Shown piece after piece: positions 1 through 11,552 of a stretch of DNA of 64,000 nucleotides. The notes below the pieces were generated by a model. It had not been told where the DNA came from and ran no database searches. It saw only the letters and a program-made list of their open reading frames with translations. Each line of letters starts with the position of its first letter. Positions within the stretch are counted from its first letter, which is position 1. Source of the stretch: Eledone cirrhosa (taxonomy: Eukaryota); contig OZ024741.1 in NCBI GenBank assembly GCA_964016885.1, forward strand, positions 132,866,001 through 132,930,000. The letters are read 5' to 3'. Position numbers and translations under genes: made by a program.

Positions 1-803
1 TTCTACCTTTACTTCGTACGAACTTTCATGTAGCTTGTTTTAGATCTTTTAGAGTTAGCATTAGTATATATTTTTCTCGGGACTCAGAATTATTATCTCG
101 TATTAGTTCACTTTGCTGCACTGGGTGGTGGCTGGAATTGTGCCCGGGATGGAAACCTTTATTGTCTATTTCGTGGTAGTCTCTTTAGTATTTTGGCCTT
201 TGTTGACCCGTCACCGTATCATTTACGTACTTATACCTCTTAAAAGGGTCCTCGCCTTTTTCGTCCCACCTAGTTCTTTTACTTATTTCGTTATTTCTTT
301 ATTTCTTTCTTTACTTCTTTCTTTCTTTATTTATTTATTTATTCCAGACTAACAATAGCTAGAGACCTAGGTCGTAGAATTTAATTTACTTTACTTCTTT
401 CTTTACACTCATTTGTTTTTCTTTACACTTATTTGCTTTTCTTCACTCTTTCCTATATATTTCTACCCCCCATTGTTCTACCTACCGTTCCGACTTCCTC
501 CCCCTCCCCCTCCCTTGTATCTTCTTTGACCTCATGCCCAGCTGTAGCTGGCACTACAAACGCTTGATTGGGGCTACTCCACCCCCTCCCCTCTTTCTCC
601 TACTGGCTGGTTTAGCCACCATCTCCCCTACTAATTTGCAACCACAGAATTACTACTGATTTTTGACAATCACTTTGACCATATATGGAATTACCCCTTG
701 AGAAGATCGGCTATTTAAATACCAGGATAAATTTTCATTTAGTCCAGAATTAGCCGTCGAAACGGCTTGAGCTCAGCTGTCGGGGTCTTACTGGTTCCTA
801 TTA
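1..803 (+). mobile_element. 3' part of a putative Penelope-like (PLE) or retrozyme-like element, pyrimidine-rich, ending in a hammerhead ribozyme and abutting a (TA)n array
   Basis: Non-coding C/T-rich tract leads into a hammerhead fold (693-786). Its last ~60 bp recur at 1229-1344 in both orientations. A terminal repeat with a hammerhead plus an inverted partial copy is the known PLE pLTR arrangement. No RT or GIY-YIG ORF is visible in the window. Confidence 0.55.
693..786 (+). ncRNA. Type I hammerhead ribozyme, U3-A8 core variant
   Basis: Stem I ACCCC (693-697)/GGGGT (782-786); core TTGAGAA (698-704); stem II GATCGGCTA (705-713)/TAGCCGTC (751-758); GAAA (759-762); stem III CGGCT/AGCTG; GTC triplet with predicted cleavage after C781. 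Confidence 0.75.
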
Positions 804-844
804 TATATACATATATATATATACATATATATATATACATATAC

Positions 845-877
<33 letters not shown>

Positions 878-938
878 CACATATATACATATATATACAT
901 ATATATATATATATATACATATATACATATACATATAC

Positions 939-989
<51 letters not shown>

Positions 990-1002
990 CATATATATAT
1001 AC

Positions 1003-1033
<31 letters not shown>

Positions 1034-1073
1034 CATATATATATATACATATATATATATACATATATATACA

Positions 1074-1143
<70 letters not shown>

Positions 1144-1148
1144 CATAT

Positions 1149-1344
1149 ATAACGAAGGAAATGTGGTAAGGAACCAGGTGGACCATAACGCACCAAAGTA
1201 CTCAATACTTGAGGTAGTAGAGTGGGTAATAGGAACCAGTAAGACCCCGACAGCTGAGCTCAAGCCGTTTCGACGGCTAATTCTGTCCAGAATTAGCCGT
1301 CGAAACGGCTTGAGCTCAGCTGTCGGGGTCTTACTGGTTCCTAT
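1149..1344. repeat. Inverted plus direct partial copies of the 3' end of the element at 1-803, forming a perfect 57-bp-arm palindrome
   Basis: Arm 1229-1285 is the reverse complement of arm 1288-1344, with a 2-nt spacer TC. The right arm equals 745-801. Confidence 0.9.
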
Positions 1345-1348
1345 ATAC

Positions 1349-1411
<63 letters not shown>

Positions 1412-1475
1412 CATATACATATATATATATATATACATATATAAGATCAAAAGATGGTTAAAGGAGTTCCATGTA

Positions 1476-1542
1476 TTTTATTATGCGCATTTCAAAAGCA
1501 AACATCATCATGCAATAATATTTGTGTTTTCATCAGATAAAA
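1476..1542 (-). ncRNA. Minimal type I hammerhead ribozyme with palindromic stem III
   Basis: Minus strand reads TTTTAT CTGATGA [AAACACAAATATTAT...ATGATGTTTGCTTTT] GAAA TGCGCA TA ATAAAA: canonical core, 6-bp stem I, palindromic TGCGCA. It lies in a ~300-bp insert (1443-1737) between TA arrays. Confidence 0.65.
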
Positions 1543-1842
1543 CAGGAGAACATGATATGAAGGCTAAAAAACACTTGTGGATAGTGCAGTTTTAAATCAA
1601 CATTAATCTTATATTATGTATACTCTAGTCCTACAAACTGTAGAGTGCTTATTATGTATACTCTAGTCCTACAAACTGTAGAGTGCTTCTTATCCGATAT
1701 CTGCATTGCTTTATTGTACTACAATAAAACTCACCTCCTACATATATATACATATATATATACATATATATATATACATATATATATATACATATATATA
1801 TATACATATATATATATACATATATAAATATATATATATATA

Positions 1843-2165
1843 TATTGTTATACTTTGGGAGGGTTATGTTGCCAATAAGAAACACATGCACCAGTTGCTT
1901 TCACAGTTGTTTCACAGAAACAAGATGGCGTAGGACAGAACAACGAAGAGGCACAAAAACAAAGAAAAGAATCCCCAGTCACTGAAGAAGTCACAGAATG
2001 TGTGACGAAAGAACTTTGACAATATATAAACAACCATCTGGTTGTGGAACCAACCAACCAACCGGAAATTTATAAATTTATAAATTTATTATAATAAATT
2101 GAAGTGAAAGCAACGAGTGCGTGTGTTTCTTATTGGCAACATGACCCTCCCAAAGTATAACAATA
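1843..2165 (+). mobile_element. Short PLE-like element with ~60-bp inverted ends and an internal minimal hammerhead fold (1978-2020)
   Basis: 1843-1904 is an imperfect reverse complement of 2104-2165. Internally GTCA CTGAAGAA GTCACA gaatg TGTGAC GAAA GAAC TT TGAC. TA arrays flank both sides. A homologous copy lies at 38463-38725. Confidence 0.6.
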
Positions 2166-2190
2166 TATATATATACATATATATATATAC

Positions 2191-2257
<67 letters not shown>

Positions 2258-2414
2258 CATATATATATATACATATACATATACATATATATATATATAC
2301 ATATATATATACATATACATTATTATATACATATATACATATACATTTATATATACATATACATATACATTATTATATACATATACATATATACATATAC
2401 ATTTATATATACAT

Positions 2415-2465
<51 letters not shown>

Positions 2466-2546
2466 CATATATACATATATACATATATATATATATATAC
2501 ATATATACATATATATATATATATACATATATACATACATATATAC

Positions 2547-2619
<73 letters not shown>

Positions 2620-2620
2620 T

Positions 2621-2880
2621 GAAGGGGCATGGCTTAGTGGTTAAAGCATTGGGCTTGCAATCGAAAGGTTGTGAGTTCAATTCTCGGGCCGGGTGATGTG
2701 TTATTTCATTGAACAAGACACTTTATTTCACGTTGCTCAGCTCTAGAAATGAGTACCGGCCTGCCCGCCCAGCCAGTGGGATGGCGTTATCTTATGGCTA
2801 AAACAGCACGACATGCTGTGACCAGCGGCGCCAATTGACGCCCGATAGACTGGTCGGTCAAGGTGATCAAGGTGATATAC
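2621..2880 (+). mobile_element. tRNA-derived SINE, CORE-like family. Further copies at ~7505-7700 (+), 17666-17960 (+), 24477-24800 (+), 27095-27270 (+), 28290-28525 (-), 30980-31225 (-), 41844-41990 (+), 42155-42460 (+), 48820-49035 (-), 49610-49770 (+)
   Basis: A box TGGCTTAGTGG and B box GAGTTCAATTC, followed by a (cc)TTGAGCAAGACACTTTATTTCAC-like block resembling the CORE domain; recurs many times. Confidence 0.75.
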
Positions 2881-3882
2881 ACACGCACATATGTATGTAT
2901 ATATAAACACACACACACCTCTATATATATATATACATACACACACATATGTATGTGAAGTGTAGTGATCTACATAATGAAAGCACCCAGTACACGCTGT
3001 AATGTGCTTGGTGATAGGAAGGGCATCCAGCCATAGAAAGCCTGCCAAACAAGGGGTTGAGAGGACCCTACAGTTTGTGTCAAAAGACACAACTTCTCTT
3101 GTGCATTTGATTGACTGTATGACTGTATGTAAGCAAAATACAGACTCTCGGATGTCTTGGAGGCCAGTACCCCTGTCCAACACTTGCTAGCAGGGAAAGT
3201 GGACATTTAACGATGCTGATAATATACATATCCTCACCATCTAATAGTTATTTCATTATCAAGATATTATTTGTAACACAATTCATGAAAAAGTTCTTTA
3301 ATCAAATTATTTTGGAAGATTTTAATTTAATAAGGAACCCATTAAAATTCTGTCCAACAGGACCTGCTGGAAGATGTGTCTGAGGACTCTGCCTACACAA
3401 CCCTTCCAGGATGAGGAGGGGTAGGATAGTGAGGAGACCCATTAAGATAGTTGATTTTATTTCATGGAATCAAAGGCAGTATTGAGTGTGTTAATATCAA
3501 AAGGGTTAATAAATGTCACAATAATCGTTTCTCCTTGACAAACTTGGAAATTTATAGTTTTAAAGATAACTCACTTCATTGGTACAGGAATACTTATTTG
3601 CAATGAGCTATGAAAAAAAGAGAAGAAAGGACTGAACTGATGCTATATTCGACCCATAACCTTTAACTTAGCTATGATCCAGTTGATCAGTCATTCATTC
3701 ATTTAGTATGCCTTGTCATTTCAGAACAGGAAAACAGGAAATTTCTTATTCTTAATCCAATCAAAGTCCTTGTAACCTTTATCAATGTTCTGATATTTTC
3801 TACATCCCTCACTACATTAAAATAAAATAAAAAGTAAAACTACAAAATAATATTGCTCACATTGTGGTAAAAACTAGAAGTG

Positions 3883-4200
3883 GTGGTGGATTGGCAGGAT
3901 TATTAGTGTTACAGATAAAATACACTGCAGTATTTTGACATGGTCCTTACTGTTACAGATAAAATACACTGCAGTATTTTGATATGGTCCTTACTGTTAC
4001 AGATGAAATACGCTGCAGTATTTTGATACGGTCCTTAGTGTTGCAAATAAAATATACTGCAGTATTCTGATACAGTCCTTAGTGTTCTGGTTTCACATCT
4101 TGTGGAGGTCAAATTTGCCTTTCAACCTTCCAGTAAAATACTGTGGTTCTATATAATCGACTTTCCCCTTCCCCTTAAGATTGTTGACCTGGTGCCTAAA
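3883..4200 (+). mobile_element. tRNA-derived SINE (Meta/MESC-like domain family) with an internal 4 x 44-bp tandem expansion (3907-4082)
   Basis: Head GGTGGATTGGCAG; unit starts at 3907, 3951, 3995, 4039; then a degenerate B box, GAGGTCAAATTTGCCTTTCAACC and the family tail. Confidence 0.7.
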
Positions 4201-4602
4201 TTATGGTCAAAATTCTTTCTGAATGTAGCCTAGTTACTACAACAGTGTTTCCTAAAATGGGTCTTGTGAAAAGATTTGGTGGTTCCATAAGATAAGATGT
4301 CTTAATAAAATTTAATAAAAACATTTTTTTTAATATGGACAAATTCCTTCTCTAGAATAATTTAGGTTCCAAAATTTGAAATTTATTTGCTTTTATTATG
4401 AAAAGCTGCCAATAAAATAAAATAACTGAATAAATTGGGTAATTTACTGGTAAAGGCAGGAAAAAAAAGTGAACAGAGATGCTTGCAGGCAATGAAACCA
4501 GGCATCTGCTGTATGCTGGACAGCTACAATAGACATTACACTAAAATGACTGAGCCAACTTTTTATTACTTAAATAGAAATGTAAATAAATTGATTATAG
4601 TC

Positions 4603-7393
4603 AATGGGTAGATAAGGTAATTGACGTAAATAGAGTGAATGACACAATAATCAAAATAAGACTAGTTCTAAATAGAACTACTGTGACAATAATATCCGCT
4701 TATGCACCCCAATCTGGTCTAGCTGACGTTATAAAGGACAGGTTCTATGACTCGCTAATGCGCACTACCTCCCAAATAACTGACAGCGACTACTTAATTA
4801 TTGCTGGCGACCTAAACGGTCACATTGGACAACATAGTGATGGCTATCATGGAATCCATGGAGGCTATGGGTTTGGAAATAGAAATGAGAAAGGTTTCAG
4901 AATCCTGGAATTCTGTGACGCAAATAACCTAACTATCTGTAACACAAACTTCAAAAACCGAGAAAACCACTTGATCACCTATAGATCAAGGGAACACGCC
5001 AGCCAGATAGATTATATCCTTACTAGAAGACGTGACAAAGTGTCTGTTGTAAACACTAAATCCCTCCCCCATGAAGAATGCACCTCCCAACATGGCCTAG
5101 TAGTTAGTGACCTCATAGTCAGTAATAGACGTACTCGACGGCAGAGGACTACCTTGAGGAGAAGAATATGGAAGTTGAAGGACCCCATAGCCAGTGACAA
5201 ATTTAAAAGCTTATTACTTGATGCCTTTGACAATAAGGAAGAGCAATTAGAGACGTGCAATATTAAATGAAGAGAATAAATGGGAAAAAGATAGTCTGCC
5301 CCAAATCGATCCAATAGAAGGACCAGCAGTGCAAGTTAAAGTAGTATAATAAGTAAGGCAATCAAAGATATAAAGACAGGCAAGGCAGCTGGGCCTTCGG
5401 AGATAGTTGCTGAGATGTTGAAGGTATCTGGAATGGTGAGACATACTATGGTCACCCGTATAGTAAACCAAGTAATACAGAATGGGGTCATACCAAAAAA
5501 CTGGCGTAGCAGCATCATCATTAACTGCTACAAGGGTAAAGGGGATGCTCTAGATAGGGGAAACTATAGAGGCATTAAATTAGTTGACCAGGTCATGAAG
5601 GTCACAGAAAGAGTTATAGCGCAACTAATCAGAGAGCGAATTGATCTAGATGAAATGCAGTTTGGGTTTGTGTCTGGTAAAAGTACCACAGACACTCTTT
5701 TCCTTGTACGACAACTACAGGAGAAGTACTTAGCTAAAAGTAAACTCCTCTACTTAGTTTTGTAGACCTGGAGAAAGCCTTTGACAGAGTCCCCCGCTCC
5801 ATTATCTGGTGAGCTCTTAGAAAACTAGGTGTAGATGAATGGCTTGTGAGAGCTATACAAGCTATGTATAAAGAAACAGTCAGTAAGGTTAGAATTAACC
5901 ATGAATATTGTGAAGAATTTAATGTAAAAGTTGGTGTTCATCGAGGCTCTGTCCTTAGCCCCCTCCTATTTATTATTGCCCTTCAGGCTATAACAGAGGA
6001 GTTCAAGACCGGCTGCCCATGGGAACTTCTATACGCAGATGATCTAACTCTCATAGCTGAATCTATGGCGGAACTAGAGAAATTCCAAACATGGAAGCAT
6101 GGCCTAGAATCAAAAAACCTTAAAGTTAACGTGTCTAAGACTAAAGTTCTAGTTTGTAGAAAGGAAAATATGGCACAGGTGCCATCAGGGAAATGGCCAT
6201 GCTCAGTTTGTAGGAAAGGAGTAGGCAGAAATTCCATTTTATGTCCTAAATGAGTATGGGTACATAAAAGATGTAGTGGGATCACAGGTAAACTATCTAA
6301 GAACGTAGATTTTATATGTGGCCGATGTTCAGATGCAATAAGTAGCAAGTGCCCACAGGATACTAGTTCCTTCTATAGAAATAGTGGACTCTTTCCGTTA
6401 CCTGGGTGACAAAATCAGCAGTGGTGGAGGGTGCTCTGAAATTACAGTAGCCAAAGTCAGAACGTGATGGAAAAAGTTCAGAGAGCTTATACTGCTGTTG
6501 GCCACAAAAGGTTTCTCTCTAAAAATGAAAGGCAGATTGTATGATGCATGTATACAAACAGCAATGTTACATGGCAGTGTGACATGGGCATTGCGTGCAG
6601 AGGACCTGCGTAGACTGGAAAGGAATGAAGCATGCATGCTTCATTGGATGTGTAATAGTAATATACGTGAACGGCAAAGCATAAATGAACTAAGTGAGAA
6701 ATTAGTAATAAGAGGGATCAGATGCTGTTTACTTGAGAGAGGACTACGTTGGTATGGTCACGTGATGCGCATGAAAGACGACAGCTGTATAAAGAAGTGC
6801 AGGGCGATCAAAATTGATGGAAGTTAAGGAGTAGGTAGACCCAGAAAAACCTGGAACGATTTGATAAATTCCGACCTTACACACTTGCACCTCTCTAAGA
6901 CAATGTCACTGGACCGAGATCTTTGGCACTACGCAGTAATACAGAAGACCCGCCTTGCCTATGTACAAAGCGAAGCCTACAGTCAGTAGGCATCTCTTAA
7001 CCAAATATACACTCCAATCCACTACCCCTACTCTATCCTCTAACTTTAAAGTTGGTACCACAACCCCTACTCTATCCTCTCTCTTTAAAGTTGGTACCAC
7101 AACATTCAGTCCTAATAAATGAGATAATGAGATCAAGATCATGTAGGTGTCACAACAAAAAAAAACACACAGTCCACGCTGTAATGTGGCCATGTAGGTA
7201 ACACGGTAAAAAGGTCCCACTCCACACTGTAAATGTGGTTGGTGTTAGGAAGGGCATCCAGCCGTAGAAAACCTGCCAGATAGTCCTATATGAACGAGAC
7301 ACGATCACCCGCCCAACCCTACCTCAAGTGGGACAACTCCCGTCTAACCCATGCTAGTGTGGAAGATGGACATTAAACGAAGATGATGATGAT
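4603..7393 (+). mobile_element. RTE-clade LINE copy 1, older and diverged, 5'-truncated, internally deleted, pseudogenised
   Basis: ORF pieces 4635-5270 (AYAPQ, GDLNGH, IDYIL endonuclease motifs), 5415-5765 (NYRGIKL, QFGF), 5846-6253 (GSVLSPLLF, YADD) and 6498-6827 (LRWYGHVMR). 3' UTR contains GGAAGGGCATCCAGCCGTAGAAA and ends in a (GAT)n tail. Confidence 0.95.
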
Positions 7394-7929
7394 GTATGAA
7401 TTCAGACAGCTTTTCATAATAAAATCAAATAAATTTCAATTTCTTTGTAAATGTATCAGTTAATTTTTCTTTCCCTTAATGTCTGATTAAAATTAGGGTG
7501 AAAGCATCACATGGCTTAATGGTTAGACAATTGCATTCACAATCGTGAAGTTGTGAGTTTGATTCCCAGACTTTATTTCATGTTGCTTTTTCTACCAGGA
7601 GTTGTGACTGGTAGATCATATCAGCAATGGAAAGACTAATGGAATCAGTTTCCTTGGTCTGATTGGAAAAGTTCCACCCCACTGTGATTTTGTCGATTGT
7701 TTTAAAAAAAAAAAAAAAAAAAAAAATTAGGGTGATGGGGATTGTCTGTAAAATATATACGAATAGGCAGACTAATATTTAGAAAATTGCTTCAGGGTTC
7801 CATGACAAAATAAATTTGGAATGTACTACTCAACAATAATAACCAGGCAATGATTATCAATCAATACAAGAGCATCATCAGCATACTTATTTCTACTTTA
7901 CAGAGTAGCATAGGTTGAAGCGACCTCCT

Positions 7930-8215
7930 CTTACTCATACATTCCATATTTGGCATGATTTCTATGGCTGGATACTCTTCCTAAGACCAATTGCATTACA
8001 GAGATTTTCATGGCACCAACACTATAACTTTACAGAGTGGACTGGGAGCCCTTTATCATGGAACAAGCATTACCACTTTACAGAGTGAACTGGGTACCTT
8101 TATCGTGGAACCAAAACTACAACTTTACTGGGTATATTGGGTTCCCTTTATCGTGGCACCAACATTACCACTTTACACAGTATACTATGTGCATTTCATT
8201 GTGGTACTAACATTA
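7930..8215 (-). repeat. RTE 3'-UTR-derived fragment with tandem ~41-bp module (CCACTTTACAGAGTGGACTGGGT-like units)
   Basis: About 4-5 diverged units; the same module occurs in the LINE 3' UTR at 53101-53180 and at 62361-62590. Confidence 0.65.
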
Positions 8216-9574
8216 GAGAGGTTGTCACATGCTTGTCCAGACTGAAGAGTCTTCCCAGATCCTAGATTTAAAGATTTAAGTCTGATCCCTTATTCACTTG
8301 ACTTCATCTAATCTCAGAAACTACTCCAATCATTATTTAATCACCTTCATCGTCATAATTTTATGTCGGTTTTTCTGGGGTTTTCCAGCACAGCATCCCT
8401 CCACTCCTTTTCATCTCTTCTATGATCTTCAATGATTTTGGATCAGCTCTTATAACTTCTGCCTGTTTTTCTTGGTCTTCCTCTACTGCGGCTATCAAGG
8501 TCCTGCTTCTTTCCTACGCACTATGACTTTGGTTTTGCAAAGTTTACTCAAAGCCCTTTTGATTCTAATTTCTGTTGACATCTTTTAGAGCAAGTGCAGA
8601 TTAAGAAAAATACATTCCTTTTAATATTAAGTGATAAGTACAGTTTTTAGTGTTGAAAGCATTGTTTTGGAATATTGAATGATTCAACGGTGTACAATGT
8701 GTGAGAATACAATATGGTTTTATTTCCTTGACCATCTCTCATTTTATCTTTCCTGTCTAGCATCAAAGAGACAGTATTTCAATTATTACTTTTCAAACAA
8801 TTATTGTTTAAAATTAGTGGTGAAATCTTGGTTTTCCAAGGTAAGAATCATTAAATTCCAGTTAATAAAACATGTAAATTATCCAGAGATCAAGATGGAT
8901 AGGTAGATGCTTATGGTTTACAGTCATCAGTATAGTAGTAGCTATTTCTATTATAATTCAATCAACCACTTTATCAATGACCATCGAAAACAAAAACATC
9001 ATTGTTATACTGTCCATTTTCTCCATGATGCGTTGACTGAACTGATCTGCAATACAACATATGTTCCTGAGACTTGATGCCATGTTATTAAAATAGCAAA
9101 TCCTAATGTTCTACTGTCTGAATTAACTACTTCACATGTCTCATAATAGCCTGTCAATGAATGAAAAGAGAATCTTCGTAATATTAATTGATATCTATTG
9201 GACAATACGCTCTCTCATCTACGTGTTTCATGTATATGTGAGAAAGAATTCACTTTTATATACTTTATACAGCTGCAAATCAAAATTTTATTATAATAAG
9301 TAATTATATTTTATTTCTAAGTTTTGTCATGAAGAGCACTCAACTATAAAATATTGCCACAAAAAAGGGCCCCATGATGTGCATGAAGCCTGTCAGGGGC
9401 CTACATGGCTAAACCCTGCTCTAGCTGGGAAAAATAACCTTTAAATGCTTGTTAGTTTAGTGCTAATTTTGATCCAAATCAGATGATGTCTAAGTCTGAA
9501 AGATGATAAAATATAGTTGAATGTAATTTGATAGAATTAGAATTATTACCAAGATTTTCCTCTTTGTTCTTTAA

Positions 9575-10190
9575 CCTTGTCGTGTCATGTTCCCGCTATA
9601 GTGGTAATAGCCTAAACATAATCTCTACCGGATTCCTGTTAAAGTGGTAATGAACAGCACACGTAGAAATAGAAGCTAAAACACTAAAAATATACAACCG
9701 ATCATGTTTCAGCTTTCTGTTTATGACTCATTGTTAATGGCATCCCCTGTAGCTATTGTTTACTTTTGTTTTTAATCAAGAAAAAATAGATTTTTATTTT
9801 TGCGATAAAATGAGTGCGTGATGAACCAGCACTTTGTCTGATAAACGAGCAAGGCCTAAACTCTATATTGGAGGAAATTACTGATGATATTTATTCTATG
9901 GACGAAGGTGAACAAGAATTTCAATAAATGAGTGATTCAGGCATTGAAACTTATGAAAGTGGTAAGGAAAATAGTGATTCGGTTGAACAAATTCAATGTG
10001 GCCCTCACACAGCTGATACTGGTAGGGGTGGTGATTATGTAAATTTAGAAAAAGGATGGATAGACACAATTATTGTGCCATTAGTTTGCCTGCAATTATT
10101 ACTCTTGAGCTGTGTATGCAACTATTTATTTTTTGCTCAGGATCCCAGGTGGAGGATCAAGTTTGATACAGGGGCCCAGGTCTGAGAGGG
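9575..10190 (+). mobile_element. Possible internally deleted piggyBac-like element
   Basis: Bounded by TTAA|CCTT (9571) and AGGG|TTAA (10191). Contains a degenerate acidic (D/E/S-rich) reading frame like a piggyBac transposase N-terminus. TIR match is weak. Confidence 0.35.
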
Positions 10191-10308
10191 TTAACATTTT
10201 TAATGCTGTTGTTGTTACAGCTCACAGTAGCAAAAGTTTTGTGAACCTTGTATGAAGTTGAATCTCATAGAAGGTTAAGGGCTCAAATAACTAGCCAAAT
10301 TTACTTAC

Positions 10309-10464
10309 CTACAGCCTTCCGAACAATGTTTTCACTTTTTTTTTTTTTTTTCCATTTCCAAGGTTTAAATATTTTCCCTAGGGCTGCAAATTTACTTTTC
10401 CGTTCTGGCGGTGGAGTTTTGGGACCTAAGGAACTGGTTTTCATTTCTCCATTTTTTCTCTTAT
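10309..10464 (-). CDS. Phactr: Internal coding exon of a phosphatase and actin regulator (PHACTR family), N-terminal conserved basic motif
   Basis: Encodes (D)[51 protein letters not shown], matching the PHACTR signature TPP.RK.K...LG.IFKPWKW+KKK. Acceptor TTTCATTTTGTTTTAG| and donor AG|GTAAGT; 156 nt, phase 1-1. Confidence 0.92.
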
Positions 10465-10649
10465 CTAAAACAAAATGAAAAACAACAAATGTTAAATTCA
10501 TTAAACAAGATCATCTTCACCAAAGAGTTGCAACTTCTTGATCCTTGCTCTATAAATTGGAAATGATAATTTTATATATGTTTATTGCATCCTCTGTATA
10601 AGCTATTGTTATGGAGCAGGATGTTATATTGTTGTGTTTACAGTGAACC

Positions 10650-10850
10650 GACTGGTATATGGTATGGACCTGTAACTCATAAGGGAGTCGTAAGGCTCTT
10701 TAGACCTGGTGGAGCCCATTTCCTCTTCCGGTCTGAATACAGAAGATTTCTTCCAGGGAAGGATAACGAGTGAGAGAATGGAAGTGAGAAAGATATATAG
10801 AGGAAGAATCAACCCCAGTACTAGACTGGTACTTTTTTTTATTGACCCCA
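10650..10850 (-). mobile_element. Long-tailed Meta/MESC-like SINE subfamily. Other copies at ~11412-11665 (+), 17995-18275 (+), 36541-36865 (+), 39230-39497 (-), 57990-58200 (-), 62985-63310 (-)
   Basis: All share GTACCAGTC..GTACT, a CT-rich linker, CTTCTCTGGAAGAAATCTGCTG..., GATGGGCTCTGCCAGG and CCTACAACTCC blocks. Confidence 0.75.
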
Positions 10851-11089
10851 ATAATCATTTCAAATATTCAAATCCAAGTTTGTAAAAAGCTGTTTAATTT
10901 GGTTGATATATTTGAGTACAACTCCTGAAGTGTAAAATTGAACCATTGAAATTAGCATGTCATAAAATTTTTTACAAGGAACATTTAATAACCAAAATCA
11001 TTATATTGTTAAGTGCACTAATTGTTTGTTTTTTTAAATTAGCTATTTGTTTGAAGATAATTGAATATCCTGTTAATTTGAACAACTTG

Positions 11090-11410
11090 AGTAATGTTAC
11101 TCGATAGAGTGCGTAGCTCGGAGATCAGAGTCACTCCAGGTAGAGCCACTACTTCTCCGAACTGAGAGATCACAGCTCCGATACTATGGGCATGTGGTTA
11201 GAATGTCTCAGGAAAGAATTGCTGCACAGATTTTATGGGCAAAACCAACTGGTAGGAGACCCAAGGGTAGACTACAAGTAAGATGGTTGGATAATATCCA
11301 TGAGCTCAGCTGGTTGCGCTTGAGGATCCAGCCAGATTAATTGGAGATGGTTGCTTCTGACATGACCCATGGAAAAAGTGTGTAAGGACTCAGCCCCTAT
11401 AACACTCTCA
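11090..11410 (+). mobile_element. 3' fragment of a second RTE-like LINE family. Related pieces at ~25120-25300 (-) and 59590-59910 (+)
   Basis: Reads YYGHVVRMSQERIAAQILWAKPTGRRPKGRLQVRWLDNI, a typical RTE C-terminus; three homologous pieces in the window. Confidence 0.7.
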
Positions 11411-11501
11411 TGAGGTCAAATTTGCCTTTAATCTTTTCTTGGTCAATGTAGTAGTAGTTTAGTATTGGGGTTGATTCTTCCTCTATATATCTATATTGCT
11501 T

Positions 11502-11552
<51 letters not shown>

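Larger units (their letters stand above)
802..2618. repeat. Compound (TA)n/(TATATAC)n microsatellite blocks (about 802-1150, 1344-1442, 1738-1845, 2163-2618) interleaved with PLE-like fragments
   Basis: Directly visible; explains all IYIY/YIYI ORFs in this region. Confidence 0.95.

Noticed and set aside
2621-2700. tRNA-like A/B box sequences as tRNA genes
   Set aside because: They continue into SINE body sequence and lack a full cloverleaf; they are SINE heads.
739-2716. Many long ORFs rich in I/Y/M/C/H (also near 27.5, 33.5, 43 and 47 kb)
   Set aside because: Translations of (TA)n/(TACA)n microsatellites, which lack stop codons in some frames; not genes.
4243-7825. Possible old hAT element (CAGTGTTTCCTAAA ... 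TTTGGAATGTACTA) enclosing LINE copy 1
   Set aside because: Right TIR and 8-bp TSD too degenerate to support.
1-10300. Downstream Phactr exons (RPEL repeats, PP1-binding C-terminus)
   Set aside because: None recognised by eye; presumably beyond the left edge, though small exons could have been missed.
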